64,000 bases of DNA, from contig JAQFVV010000006.1 of assembly GCA_028023455.1 (NCBI GenBank), positions 7,936,001 through 8,000,000 of the forward strand. The letters are read 5' to 3'. A program made the position numbers and the translations under genes. This document shows, piece by piece, positions 12,495 through 25,660 of this stretch. Positions within the stretch are counted from its first letter, which is position 1. Each line of letters begins with the position of its first letter. The stretch is from Epiperipatus broadwayi (taxonomy: Eukaryota > Animalia > Onychophora). Below the pieces are notes generated by a model. It was given only the letters and a program-made list of their open reading frames with translations, had not been told where the DNA came from and searched no databases.

Positions 12495-12899
12495 AAACTA
12501 TATAAAGCTTATCTCTAATACGGTTATGCATATATTTTGTTTGTTTCATTTTCCAAGATATAGCTCACTAAATCTCAAAGTAACATTCTAATGATTTAAA
12601 ATTTGTCAGGAAATAGATCTCTAGTTATTCTTAACTAACTAAAGAGTGAACCCAAAATAAAAACTCGCTTATCCTCTTTATCACTTCCCACTTGGAAAGC
12701 CTAATAATATATTCCCTCTCTGTCATCATTTCTCTATGATATGGTATTAGAAAAGTCTCGACTGAGCAATGACCTATTTAAAAGCTAATGTATCTCTTAC
12801 CTTTAGAAATGTTAGTGCAAAAATCTCATCAACTTATGCCCATTTCATTGCAATTCAAGTTGAAATTACTAATACTATGCACTTTTAAATAATAGTGAT

Positions 12900-14040
12900 A
12901 GTAATATTAACTGTGTTTGCCTGAACATTTGTAGTGGTGGCATTTTAGATGTATTTATAGTTGGACAGAACAGAAGAGAATACTACTCAAAATATTGTGT
13001 GTATACCACCTCACCTGCATATTATTACTAAGAATTGAATGTAATTTGAAAATTTAAGTAAAGTTCAATTTTTCTAAAGTCATTCAAAATTTAATATTAG
13101 ATTATGAAATCATCCCCACATATAAATACAATGGTACTTACGTATTATATCGGTTATGACATTTCAGATACATGTCAGCTGATAAGTAAATGTGAATTTT
13201 GAATGTGGCATTCTGCCATTGCAAACATGGACAGCAATTCACAAATTTTACTTAAAGGTAAAAAATACTATGTAAATTAACTCCGACAGAAAACATCACA
13301 GCAGATATAATATGTAAGCACTAATACAACAGGTACTACTAACTATCAAATTTTAAAAACAGTTGAAGAATTTTATGAGAAAACAAAGTATTTGTTAAAT
13401 TATACTGGGTTCACAATATGAATTCTTAACATCTAAAATCATTCCACTCTTCCTAATAAAAAAATTTGCTGCAGAACATGGACATTGTTTTGATGAGGGG
13501 ACAGATCTCATTGGCATTTGTGATGCAGCTATAAGAATCCAGTGATTGGCATTTGTGGTACAACTATTGTAAGGATACTTCCCTTAGCTCAAGTATATTC
13601 TATTGGAGAATACCGCATCACTGTTTAGAAAAAAAAGTACCCCATAAAATATTTGGATATCCAATTGAATATTATCATGAGAAATAGTAATGACCCACCC
13701 AAGTCTTCTGCTTTCTAGACTTTCACATATTCCTTCATTAGACGTCAAAAAAGAAAAGTAGCTTTGCAGAAGGTAGATTGGGCTTTCCATTAACTCAAGA
13801 TGTAGTTCCCCAATTAATACCCATCTCACATCAAGAACATCTTTTCTGAATGTTCAGCTAAGAATCTACAGATAAAGAAGTATGGTATTGAAAATGGAAA
13901 TTCTTATGAGGTTCCAAACAATTTCTCCCCCCAGACACAACATTTGAGCGAATTAGATTTGATCTTTCTAGATGTAACTGGAGTTTCAACAGATTTGGGA
14001 AAACTCATGGTTTTGCACTCTTCTAATTTATAAACAGAAT
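12900..14040 (+). mobile_element. Degenerate L1/Tx1-like LINE ORF2, C-terminal half
   Basis: Fragments KFNFSK (RT end), IPTYKYNG, GLSINSRC and QEHLF(W)M...KEVWY, resembling the HLFWxC zinc-knuckle region. Many stops. Confidence 0.5.
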
Positions 14041-14154
14041 ATAATAATTATCCCTAATTAAAAGGGACGTGAATTAAATTCTCTACAGCTATGCACACCA
14101 TCTTACACAACTGATACATATGACCACATAAATGTGAAAAAAGATAAATGATCT

Positions 14155-14196
14155 CCAATACCCATATTTCATGCTAAAACAGCACTCATCAGTTGA
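14155..14196 (-). ncRNA. Hammerhead motif, family B, intact core
   Basis: ucaa-CUGAUGA-gugcu guuuu agcau-GAAA-uauggg-U-A-uugg. Confidence 0.7.
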
Positions 14197-14978
14197 TACA
14201 CCCCACATATACAATCAGTGCACAGTTTATATTAAGACATCAAATCTTCAAACTTTAATAAACAAGCTTCAATCTTCTCCACCCTCCAACTCTTCAGCCA
14301 TCCATATTGAAAATCTATTGATGGAACACTCAAAGCTTTTGTTGATGTCAATATTATTGCCATATTGACTATAAGTCATTCTGCCCTCTCACATTAGGAT
14401 CTTAATATGTCATTAAAATACACAAAAGAGGGATGGGCAGAATACAGGCTGAATAAGTAATATTCAAATATAAAGTACATTGTCTACACTAAGCCTAATG
14501 TAATTTGACTCAGACTTTTAGCTCGCTACAGTGCATGAAATATGTATACTAAAGATCATTTATCTTTTTCACATGTATGTGGTCATGTGTATCAATTGTA
14601 AAAGAAGGAATGCTAGCTGTAGAGAGCTTGAAAGTCTGAGTTAAAGTCCTTCTGATTAATTAAGTTTAGCATTAACAATATACATATATTTGAATATTAT
14701 ATATTCACCCTGTATTCTAACCATTTCTGCGTTTTTAAATGGACATACTAAAGTCCAATTGTGAGGGATCAGAGTGACTTAAAGTCAACATGGGTATCAC
14801 AATAATATTGGCATCAAAAAGGACTTTGAATGTTTCATCATCAGATTTTGAATGATATGGATGGCTGAAGAGTTGGAGGTTAGAGTAGATTGAAGCCTGT
14901 CCATTAAAGTTTGAAGCTTGCTACATTAATATAAACTGAGCACTGATTGTATATATGTGTGGGAGATTGTGATCTGGA

Positions 14979-15020
14979 TCAGCTGATGAGTGCTGGTTTA
15001 GGACAAAATACATATACTGG
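14979..15020 (+). ncRNA. Hammerhead motif, family B, with G12A
   Basis: ucag-CUGAUGA-gugcu gguuu aggac-AAAA-uacaua-U-A-cugg. Stem I carries a compensatory change relative to other copies. Confidence 0.6.
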
Positions 15021-16879
15021 ATATCATTTATCTTTTACACATGTATGTGGTCATGGAGTGTATAGTTGTAGGGAGCTTGAAAGTCTAAGTTCAAGTCATT
15101 TTTAATTAGATTAAGTTCAGTATAGTCAATATATTTATATTTGCATATTAATTATCCCTAAATAAATGCAAACAGCACAAAGCAAGAAGTATATACTTAA
15201 TTAATAACTGTCAAATCTATGATTTCAGTGACAGAATTGAAGAAAGCCGCTAGTGAATATATAATTTGACTGGAATCCAATTATTATGATCTTTTGTTAA
15301 TAATTAAGTTATTCGAAAATGAAATACTTATTCTAAATAAATAAATTGCGATGATATATGGTTGAGGATAGAGGGCTACGATCAGAAAAGACGTTGCAGC
15401 TATTGAGGGGAGGGGGATTCCTCCAGGAGTTAAAAACATGGCAAGATATCTTTAAACAGACTGTGAGATTAATACAATATACCTGGGTTTCACTGTGATC
15501 ATAGATTACAGGGCCAAAATGTATCCCACCTCCCTCCTCTTTTATATCTCTTTCTTTTTGTTTTCTAGAGTTAGAATGGTTTATAGTTGTTGATAATGGC
15601 TGAAGATATGTGAACAGGTGGGACCATAATTCCCGCAAAATTTGATTACTGAGGCTTCTGACATTGACATTTTAGGGTGAGCACAATTCAATTAATGTTA
15701 ATCAGAGTGTTTGTTCGCTACGGCCTCAATTAATATCTACATATTGTTGTTATCAATGCGATAACATTTTCTGTTTTGTCTTTATATATTGTTTATTTTA
15801 AAAAGAATCACCAACCGAAATGTAAATATGTACGTACTGCAATTGGTAATCAAAAAGAGGCCAGCGATTACATTTGAATAAAAAAGAAATTAGGCAGGAC
15901 ACAAACTAGTATACAATACAATGCTAATATTTTTAATTTAAATATTTTTTTTTCTTTTTTACGAAAATATTTTTAACATTATTAAATTTCTTTTGTTTAA
16001 TTTCAATATTTGTTTATTTTAAATAAAACTTCAAAAAAAAAAGTTATATTTTGCTCTTATATTAATAAACAAATAAAAACAAAATAATTCGTTTTTGGCA
16101 TTTTAACCGTTATATTATTGCATTAAAAAATACATAAAAAAAAGATGTTTAAAAAAAGAATAATAGATTTGTGTTTTCTTTCACCGTTATATTACGTTAG
16201 CAAACATAATAAAACATGTTTAAAAAAGTTCTATCAATATTTTTAATGAAGTGAAACCTATTATCGTATTTTACGGGCAATTGTAACTTCGAGTACTGCC
16301 CCCACATATGTTTATTGCGGGGGGGGGGGGTACAATGGCAAATTCTGGAGCGCAAGGTCTACGCATTAACTGAAGTCCACTCTGTCATTTCCGCTATTCA
16401 AAATTCTTTCTAGTAATGAAAATCAAATTTGATGATTTTTTCTAAACTGCATTATTAAAAATAAGTGAGGTGTATTAGTAAATACTTTGAGGCACACTGC
16501 AAATATGGCTACAGAAAGGAGTTTGCTGTTATCTGAAAGAAAACCCTTAATTACTTTGAAGACCTTAAAGGAACTAAGCAGGGCAAATTCCTAAATGTCC
16601 ACTTCATAGGTTCTTGTCATTGCAGCTGCTATTACTAATTGAGTATTCATATAGTATACGAATATGGATGGGTTGTTGACCAGCACACATTAGCCAGCAT
16701 GGTGAGTTTATTGGCTTTTTACCTCTGAATTTAAGATCAAAAAAACACCATGGTCTTTCTTCTCAGTTGCCTGATAAGACAGAAAGAATGTGTGTGTGAA
16801 TGATTTTTTTTTTACTATTAGATATATAATCATGACAGACAAAAAATAAATCATGGTCATTATTCCCAAGAAGCTGTAA

Positions 16880-19668
16880 AACCAATCAAGGCAGTGGTTG
16901 GTGGTCAAACACGGAGGATGCTAAGAATCCCTTGATTTCAGATCCAAACTACCATTTGATGACAACTTTTTATTTAGGTATTCACAACTGCAGATCACTT
17001 TCAAGTGAAGGAAGATTGCAAGAATTAGAAGAACTGTCTCACATTAAATGGAAAATTATTTGGACATTGGGAGGTAGGAAGTAAAGGTGAAGAGACAATT
17101 GATTTAAAAAGTGGACATGTACTCTATTATAAAGGCACAAATATTGGAAGTAGAATTTCATTATAAATAAAAAAACGGAAGAACAACATTGTGGAGATTG
17201 ATGGTGTCTCAGCGAGAGAGTGGCAAGATTAGTTATTCAACTTAATAGCAGATACCAAATATAAATAATTCAAGTTTATGTCCCAACAAATTCTCATAGT
17301 GATGAAGTAGTAAAAGATTTTTATATGGATGTACAAAAGACTTTTGATCAGATTAAACAACATTTTAAAATTGTTATGGAAGACTTTAATGCTAGAATTG
17401 GTAAACAAATGAAAGATGAAAAAAAAAAAAGTGTTCTATGTAAATTTAATTATGGTAATAGAAATAATAGAGGACATAGACTTGTGCTGTTTGCAGAAAA
17501 AAAAAACCTTTATATTATTTTTTTTTCTGAGACAAATGTTAAAAGGAAATGAACATGAAGGTACAGTAGAATTGGATTATGTTTTGACTAACAGACTGTA
17601 AGATACATGTTAATGCAAGACTAGAGAGACAAAATGTTCAGAGTTGATATTCTTAATCTTCAGAAACATTCTAATAAATTTAAATTAGAACTTGCAAATT
17701 GTTTTCAAGTATTAGCAAATTTTGAACATGATTCAGATTGGAATGAAATTAATAGGAAAATAACTGATACACTTTTAAAAACTGCAACAAAGATAGCTGG
17801 TAGAAAAAAGCAGCAATTGCCCAATAAAATTTCTACTGAGACTAGAAAATTTGTGAAAAAAAGAATGAAATATAAAGATATATAAAAATGATCCATTAAG
17901 AAGGATTGAAAATCTTGAATTTTGTAAACTGGTGTAAAAAAGAATTGATATTAATATAGGAAAGTATAATTGTGAATGAGCAAGGAAAGAGTGTAAAACA
18001 ACATTTTAGCATTGGTAGGAAACATATCTGCGATGAAACTTATATCTACAATAAGAAAAAAAGGTGAAACTATTACTAAAAGGAAAGATGACATCATGAA
18101 ATGGGTAGAAGAGTTCTATAGTAATAAAGAACAAGTACCTCCTACTTCTATTATATCTTCTGAATTGCCCAAAAATTTAAAAGAAGAAGTGAGACATGCA
18201 ATTAAATCTATGAAGAAGAGAAAAGTTACAGGTAATGATAGAATTATAATTGATATATTAAAAGAAGTAGGTGAAGAAAATAGAAATTTTTTTGGCAAAG
18301 TTATATGCCAAATGTCTAAATGGTAAAGATGTACCAGATGATTGGAACAATGCAGTATTAATATTAATATTTAAAAAGGGTGACAAAGAAAGTATCAGAA
18401 ATTCCAGAACTATCTGCCTTTTATCAGTTTTATATAAATTTTTGACCAAGATAATTACAACTCATCTACAGAGAACATTGGATTTCAACCAACCAAAAGA
18501 ACAAACTGGATTTAAAAGTGGTTTTAGTACAGTAGATCATCACTCCAAGTATTGAGAGAAGTTATAGAAAGGACAAATGAATATGAGTTGTCATTATGCT
18601 TTGGATGTGTAGATTATAAAAAGGTATTTGTTGTATAAGCATTTCTTTCATGATTAAAGCATTGGATCATCAAGGTATAGACCCAGGATAGTGTCACATT
18701 CTGAAGAATATTTATAAAAATGCAACAGCAACAATTAGATTACATAATGATATTAGAAAAGTCAACATTGAGAAGGGTGTGAGGCAGGGTAACTCCATAT
18801 CTCCAAAACATTTTACAGCAGTGCTGCAAGAAGTATTTTGTGGATTAAAATGGGAAGCTAAAGGATTAAAAGTAAATGGAAATTATTTAAGTCATTTAGA
18901 TTTTGTAGATGATGTAGTTGTTTTTGCAAATAATGCTTTAAAGCTTCTGGAAATGTTGTAAGGGTTATCAGACGAAAATAAAAAAGTAGAACTAAAGATA
19001 AATGCTAAAAAGATTAAACAATGCTTAATAGATTTTCTCAAAAGAAGAAAATAAAGATGGATAATGATGAATAAAAAGTTAATAACTGCAAAAAATATAT
19101 ATACTTGGTCATATTATTACTACAGATGTAAAAATAATAGGTGAAACTAATTATAGTATTAAACATAAATGGAGTGCTTTTGGTAGAAATAACTTAATAT
19201 TAAAAGGAAATACGCTTATGTGTTTGAAAAGGAAGGTTTTTAATAAATATGTTTTACCAGTTTTTACTTATGGATCTGAGACTGGTACACTTAATAGAAG
19301 AGTAATATAGAGACTTCAGACCAAAGAAATATGGAGAGATGCATGTTGGGAATAAAAAAAGATACTGAAAATGCAATACATAAGTAAGAGAACAAACAGG
19401 TGATACTGACATCATTGAAAAAATTAAAACCACTGAACTGGTGTTGGGATGGACATTTTGCTAGAAAATATAATAGTTGGAAAACTGAAATCTTAAACTG
19501 CATTCCAAGAGATTGTAAAAGACCCATAAAGTGACCACCTAAGAGTTGGATGGATGAAATAATAAAGTATGCAGGGGTGATAGGCTAGAAATCAGAGAAG
19601 ATGGATTGAACTTGGAGAGACCTTCTTCTGGCAATGGACTGATAATGGCTGTTGATGATGATGATGAT
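16880..19668 (+). mobile_element. Near-full-length degenerate RTE-clade LINE (APE endonuclease plus RT)
   Basis: HNCRSLSSEGRLQELEE, MEDFNARIG and ELDYVLTN (APE). RTICLLSVLYKFLTKII, EQTGFKSGFSTVDH, VRQGNSISP and HLDFVDDVVVF (RT). GETFFWQWT end followed by a (TGA)n tail. Confidence 0.95.
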
Positions 19669-20639
19669 AATACTGCAAATATATAAATAGCTGAATAGAT
19701 AATTCTATATTTTGAAATATATAAAGCTAAAAATATTAAAACGTCATATGCTTCTTTCTTAATATAATTTTAAAAGCTACAACATCTATTAATTATAAAG
19801 TTCCAAAAATTATTTTTTTATTTTAAAAAAAATATCTTCACTATAGCTTTCAGGTCTAGCGCCATCTAGTGTAAGATTGCATAATCACTAATTACCAAAA
19901 GCATATAAAATCCATATCCTTAACATTTAAATCCCCCATTCCAGACAGTTTTGGAGTGCATTTATCAATGAAGTTGCGAATTCAAAATGGATGGGACTCT
20001 AATTAAGCATCCAGCAATGACCTTTAACTCCATTTTACTTGATAAGTTAAACATGTGAAATTTAAATCAGCCTATGGTTTTGAATCAACTCTTACCTTAT
20101 CATATTGTTTAAGCTGGGAGTTTAATGATTTGCTACAATTATTAATATTATTTTTATCTTTTACATTTTCCCCCAGAAATTTTAATTCCTTCCGTTTCAG
20201 CTGAATCTATTGCCTTCTTCAGAGATCTGTGAATATTTTATATTTTATGATATTGCATTACAGTTTACGATATTAAATATCATCTTCAATTATATTTTAC
20301 TTTTATATTTGAAATGTTTACAATTGTACATAAAATATTTTGTAACAGTTATAAATCAGAAAACGAATAAGGGGCAAAAAAAAAACCTTAAGAAATACTA
20401 ATAATGTTAATGAGCATGTAAATAACGTTATGACTTATCAGATATGTAGAGCTACGAATACGAACCTATTTCATGAAACAAACAAATTCAAATATGTTAC
20501 TAAGACAATTCTGTATAAATAGAGCTCACTTTTTGTTATATCATCTTTTATCTGAAAAAAATAGATGGGTACTAATTTAAATGATAAATGGACATCATTT
20601 ATAGATATGTTTAAACGTTTCTTTAAAAATATTGCTTGA

Positions 20640-21160
20640 AAATTCCTGTAGTGTAATTTTCATTACACCACTCACCCACAATGTAGGGAATGTTTTCTAT
20701 CCCCTTTTCTTTTAAAATCTTGTAGAGGGATGTAATCATAAAAAGGTATACTATTCATTATTGGATAATCTCTAATCTAATGAGTGACTAATAAAAATTA
20801 TAAATATACTTTCAATAAGTGGATTGTGTTAAAGTTGTGAGGGCTCAATATTTAACACTTATCAATTAAACTGTAGTAGTTTGCCACCTTTATATATACT
20901 GAACAATGATAAAGATATGTGCAAGAGATTGTGGTCTAGACCAACTGATGAGTGCTGGTTCCACATAAAATGTGCATCTTGGGGAACATACATGTCTTTG
21001 ATCATATGTTTATGTTTACATTCATCCACAAGGTGTTAGAAATGAATGGAAAACATTGCCTACCTTATGTGAGAGTAGCGTAATGAAAATTACATGACAG
21101 AAATATTATTCATTATTGGATAATTTCTAGTCTAATGAGTGACTAATAAAAATTATTAAT
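20640..21160. mobile_element. Family B subfamily fold-back with degenerate hammerhead (20939-20982, +)
   Basis: 20646-20742 is inverted relative to 21005-21093. 50-bp direct repeat at 20752-20801 and 21107-21156. Homologous copy at 31395-31560(-) and remnants at about 9205-9250 and 5745-5815. Confidence 0.7.
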
Positions 21161-21249
21161 TGCTTGAAAATTGCCTTAGCAATGTATTTGGACTTTCTTA
21201 GAACAATAAAGCCAATTACTCATGGCTTTTAATAGGTTTATAAACATAG

Positions 21250-21415
21250 ATGACAACAATCAACTCTTAAGCTATCAACAATCTCAATCTGTAGTCAAGG
21301 CAACCACTTTTAAACAAAAATAAAGACTGATATAAAGATCATACCACCTTTATTGTTAAAAGAGTTGCCTTGACAATAGGTTGAGATTGTTGATAGCTTA
21401 AGTATTGATTGTCAT
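21250..21415. repeat. Fold-back family D (about 70-bp arms), no ribozyme recognised
   Basis: Arms 21250-21325 and 21348-21415. A single-arm copy lies at 41957-42035. Confidence 0.75.
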
Positions 21416-22565
21416 TTTGGACCTTCCTGTTACATGAAATATGATTATTACTCTTTAAGATGTATTCCTATTCTTTTTAGCATATCCACATACTTCTGGT
21501 AATTATTTTAGTCACATAATGCCGTTTTATTAACCCTATTACATAATCACATCCCTATATGCTATACATTCCAAATATTTTTATCACTTTTTCTATACTA
21601 TTTTAATTATACATATGTGATTTTTTCACATGCGTTAGTGAAGCTGTAATTATACTATATTGCTTAATATGCCTGCTTAGTGCTTTCAAGATTTAGTATT
21701 CTAATCTCATACTCATAGCTTTACTGAATGAAGACTGTTGTAATTTAATGTACACATGTGCAAATGCGCTTGAATTTTTAATTAGTTAGTCCATTGTTTG
21801 GAGAGAGCAAAGCATGCCTCTCTTCTATTAATGGCACTGAAATCATTTGCTATGTAAAAAGCTTTGATCTTTCTTTTGGCATCACTCTTCTCTGTGCAAA
21901 TTATTTGGGCAGAACTGGGTTTGAATACATGGCCTGTCACTGCTTGGTGGTCCCAGAAAATTGATGCTCCTTCATTTTTATTTTTAACCCTGTTGTATGC
22001 ACACTCGTGTTGGTAAATTCTTGTGTTAATGTTAGCCTGAGTCTCACCTTAATAAGATGCCTGGCAGCCTAATTGGGGGTATGCTACTTTATAGACCACA
22101 TGAGGGGCTTGATCTTTTTCTATTTTATCTTTGGAATTATTTATTATACTATTTTAAGTATATCTGGTACTAAAATTATACTTATTTTAAATACATTAAC
22201 ATAAGATTTATATCGACTTAGGAAAGTAGAGGTATGTATTAAGGATTGTATTTATATAAAAGGTTTAAATGTTGCTGGTTTTTTTTTTTTTTTGCATTTT
22301 AAATTGTTACATTAAATGTTTATGTGTATTACTCTGCATGGATTAGTGCAGTGGTAGAAAATCAGACTCTAGAGTTTAAGATCCTTGGGTCCATTTCATT
22401 TCTGGCACCCCCAGCCCTGGAACCCTATATGAACTCCTGAACAATAAAGCTATTTCACTATTCTTTTTATGTACAATTGTAAAAACTTAAAAAAGAAAAT
22501 ACAATAGAGTTGATGTTTAACATCTTATAATACAATACTATCTTAAAATTATCAAATGTTTAGAA

Positions 22566-22600
22566 CTCCGATGAAGGCCACAGGTTCAGTCAAAACAGAA
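22566..22600 (+). ncRNA. Degenerate family E-like hammerhead
   Basis: ct-CCGATGA-aggccacaggttcagtc-AAAAC. Confidence 0.35.
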
Positions 22601-23080
22601 GTAAATGAAATAAAACTGTTTGGAATAAGTGGTGTTATTGTAATAAGTGCTGTTCATTTTACTTAGTTTTTAACTTTATTTTGGTACACCTTAATCTTTT
22701 TATTATTTCTTATAATAATTATATCAATCTTCCATTCCTATTTTCTTTCATCGTTAAACTAACTTACAGTATTCGTAATTATCTACCGGTATAAATTTTA
22801 TCATCATCTATTTCTAATACTTGTGCCCCCAAAATATTTCTGTACATGTGTAACCACTGTCACTCTAATGCACAATTCTATATAGTCTTTCCCCTAATGC
22901 AAATCAGAACCTCCAGCACTTGTAATGGGCATGTGAACTGGCCAGTCACAAACTCAAAGGGTCTTTACATAAAATGATATACTATTTCTTAAGAGTCATA
23001 TTTGAATGTATATATAATGAAATCACATGTGAGATGATAAGCAAATTTGTTAAAATGGCATTAATGGGAAAGGTTATGGA

Positions 23081-23322
23081 TATAACATATACCATTTACA
23101 CCTTCTTAGACACTTTATCAATATTTTTATTTGTATTATTTGTATTACACTAACAGTTTCAACTGTGCTGCAGTCATCATCAGAGTTCTTGTTGATGGGT
23201 TTTGGTAATAGAATCAACAAGAACTCTGATGATGACTGCAGGACAGTTGAAACTGTTAGTGTAATACAAATAAAAGTATTGATAAAGTGTCTAAGAAGGT
23301 GTAAATGGTATGATATGTTATA
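23081..23322. mobile_element. Family E fold-back with a hammerhead core on each strand
   Basis: Arms 23081-23196 and 23213-23322 are near-identical. act-CTGATGA-tgactgcaggacagtt-GAAAC-T-GTT-agt at 23223-23261(+), mirrored at 23149-23186(-). Confidence 0.9.
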
Positions 23323-24037
23323 ATAAAAAACAATACATAGGAAAAGAAAAAGTAAAAAAGAGGTTATGGATCTGAGAAAATGAATTAAACATGCAGAGAA
23401 AAATGATGATGATGATGACATATAAAATAGTTTATTTCTAAAATAACTTTAAAAAGTCAAACTATTTCAAAATGATTTTAAAAAAAACATCTATTATTAA
23501 AGTCATATGACTTTTGTATACTTCAAAGAATTTAAATTATTTATCTCGAAAATTTGACTATCAATTGAAATAGTTTTTATTTTAAAACAAATACTCAACT
23601 TCTATTCTTTGATCATTTATTATTTAAAGTAGTGATCTGTTACTAGAATTGTCTGGCAGAAACATTTTTGACAACTCAATGTATTCTTATAAATAAATGA
23701 GGATATTTCAAATTTTGACATGATCCATCCTTTTAAATAAGTTTTGATTCTGAGGCGGAGAAGACAATTTAAATCAATTCAGTATCAATTCTATCACTAT
23801 TAGATAGGCAATACAGGTTGTGTGCCTATTCTGGATTATTCAGAATGAGGGTACACTTGATATGCTAACTATAAAAAAAAATATGATAAAGAAAATGCAA
23901 TTTTAATCCTACTGCTGGTGGGCAGGGAGGGGATATGACAATATGAGTGAGAAATTCATGGTTTTTTCTTATCCTTTTTAACAGCATACAACTCGAAATA
24001 AAAATAACTTTTATAATTTTTTTTTTCATGTGTCATA

Positions 24038-24118
24038 GCATCGTCCGGGAAGCGAACCCGCTAACCGGGGATAACTGCTTGTAAGGCAGATGTGCTGACC
24101 TCTCATATATATGGTGTA
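24038..24118 (-). pseudogene. tRNA-Gly-derived retroposon or pseudogene, degenerate
   Basis: Anticodon arm ctgc-cttacaa-gcag, B box GGTTCGCTTCC and an insertion in the variable region. Related to 47964-48035. Confidence 0.6.
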
Positions 24119-24944
24119 TACAAATAATATTAGCAAATTTTCACAAACTTATATGTATTAAGTATTTTTCTAAATAAATTTGACTGGTTGCATTATAGCT
24201 GAGATTTATCTAGAAAAATTTATAGAAATATCTTAATGTTTTCTTAGCCATTTCTATCATACTTGAGTGTAGCAATGTTGACTGAATTTGAGGCATGTGA
24301 TATAAATTATATGATATTTGAAAGGTCTACATGCCAATAATTGTATTGGAATTTCTTGATAAATAGTTCTGAAGAAATGGAAAAGATAACACATTTTAGT
24401 TTTCACTTGCAATATTAGATGGCAAAAATTATGAGCAAAAAAAAAAAAGCTGTATATAGTTCAAAGGTCAAATTGCAAAATTCAAATTGCAAAAAATGGT
24501 GGCACTTTTGTAATTACATGATGTTTTTATAACGTTTTAAATTTATGTCATGGGAAACTAAATAAAAGTTATATTCCTATTAATGTAAAAAGTAAACTTT
24601 GTTTTTTTTAATTTTATTTCCTAAAATAATTTTATTAAAGTTTTATTTTATCAAAAACTTTATTTAAACTGGAGGCCACATATATGAAATAATTCATTTT
24701 GCAAAATTTGTCTTAACTTCATTACATGACTTATCTAAAGAATAATTAAATTTTCAATATTTTTACATCTATAAGTCAGCAAAAATTTTCTAATTATTAC
24801 ATCACATGACTGCCATTTCCTTTATATACACAGGTTGTTAAAACAGTAGCAGATTCTCCAGTCACTATTGCACCAGCGCAAGCCTTAGTAATCAGTGAAA
24901 CCAAAATTCTGAACTGGGTTCAGATCCATATCACTATACAAGTG

Positions 24945-25220
24945 AATGAACTGGGATTAAACCATTATTGTATTTTCATCTTGGACTCATAGCTTTATAG
25001 TTAACAAAATTGGTAAAAGATGGTGCTGGGGGGTGGCATTAGATCATAAGATCTAGGTGCAATGCACTCAGATCCAAGACTTCTCACAGATGAAAGCCAC
25101 AAGCTAAAAACTAGTCTGGGGATATTGGGTAAGTAAGCATTAGATAAAAATTTTATGCCCCCAAATCCATTGATTACTATGGCTTACACTAGGGGGCACT
25201 ACTATATAGAGAGTTTGCTA
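24945..25220 (+). mobile_element. Family A copy (HHR remnant 25083-25120)
   Basis: Colinear with the other A copies. Confidence 0.8.
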
Positions 25221-25384
25221 CAATATTAACAGCTTGTGTACCTGAAAAAAATGGTAATCATGTGATGTTATAGTAGTTTTATGGCAATCCTGCCCATAGG
25301 ATAATGGTAAGTGGTTTTTCAAGAACAAAGGACAACAAAATGTATACTGAACTGTGTTGAGATCTATTCGACTATACAAGCAAA

Positions 25385-25660
25385 TGAGATTGGATTGAAA
25401 ACATTATTGTGTTTTCAACTTGGAATCATAGCCTTATAGTTAACTAAAAAGATAAAAGGTGGCTGCTGAAGGATTGCATAAGATCTAGGTGCAGTTCTCT
25501 CAGATTCAAGACTCCTTACTGATGAATGCAACAAGTTAGAAACTTATCTGAGCATGTTGGATGAGTAGGCACTAGATAGGGATTTTATGCACAAATTTTT
25601 TTGTATCTATTGATTACTAAAGCTTGCAATGGATGTCACTACTGTATGAAGTTTACTACT
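25385..25660 (+). mobile_element. Family A copy (HHR core CTGATGA...GAAA at 25515-25552)
   Basis: Colinear with 24945-25220, at about 440-bp spacing. Confidence 0.8.

Larger units (their letters stand above)
14058..15148. mobile_element. Family B compound palindrome (tandem plus inverted PLE termini) with 13-bp TSD
   Basis: Outer arms about 14075-14400 and 14755-15110. Inner arms about 14430-14530 and 14590-14712. TAATTATCCCTAA at 14045-14057 and 15149-15161. Confidence 0.85.

Noticed and set aside
16630-16706. Strong donor CATG/GTGAGT with upstream acceptors
   Set aside because: All frames contain stops, so it cannot be supported as a coding exon.
16880-19668. UGA recoding or selenoprotein-type retroelement
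   Set aside because: The stops are a mix of TAA, TAG and TGA with many frameshifts, which is ordinary decay. No SECIS was recognised in this or the PLE remnants.
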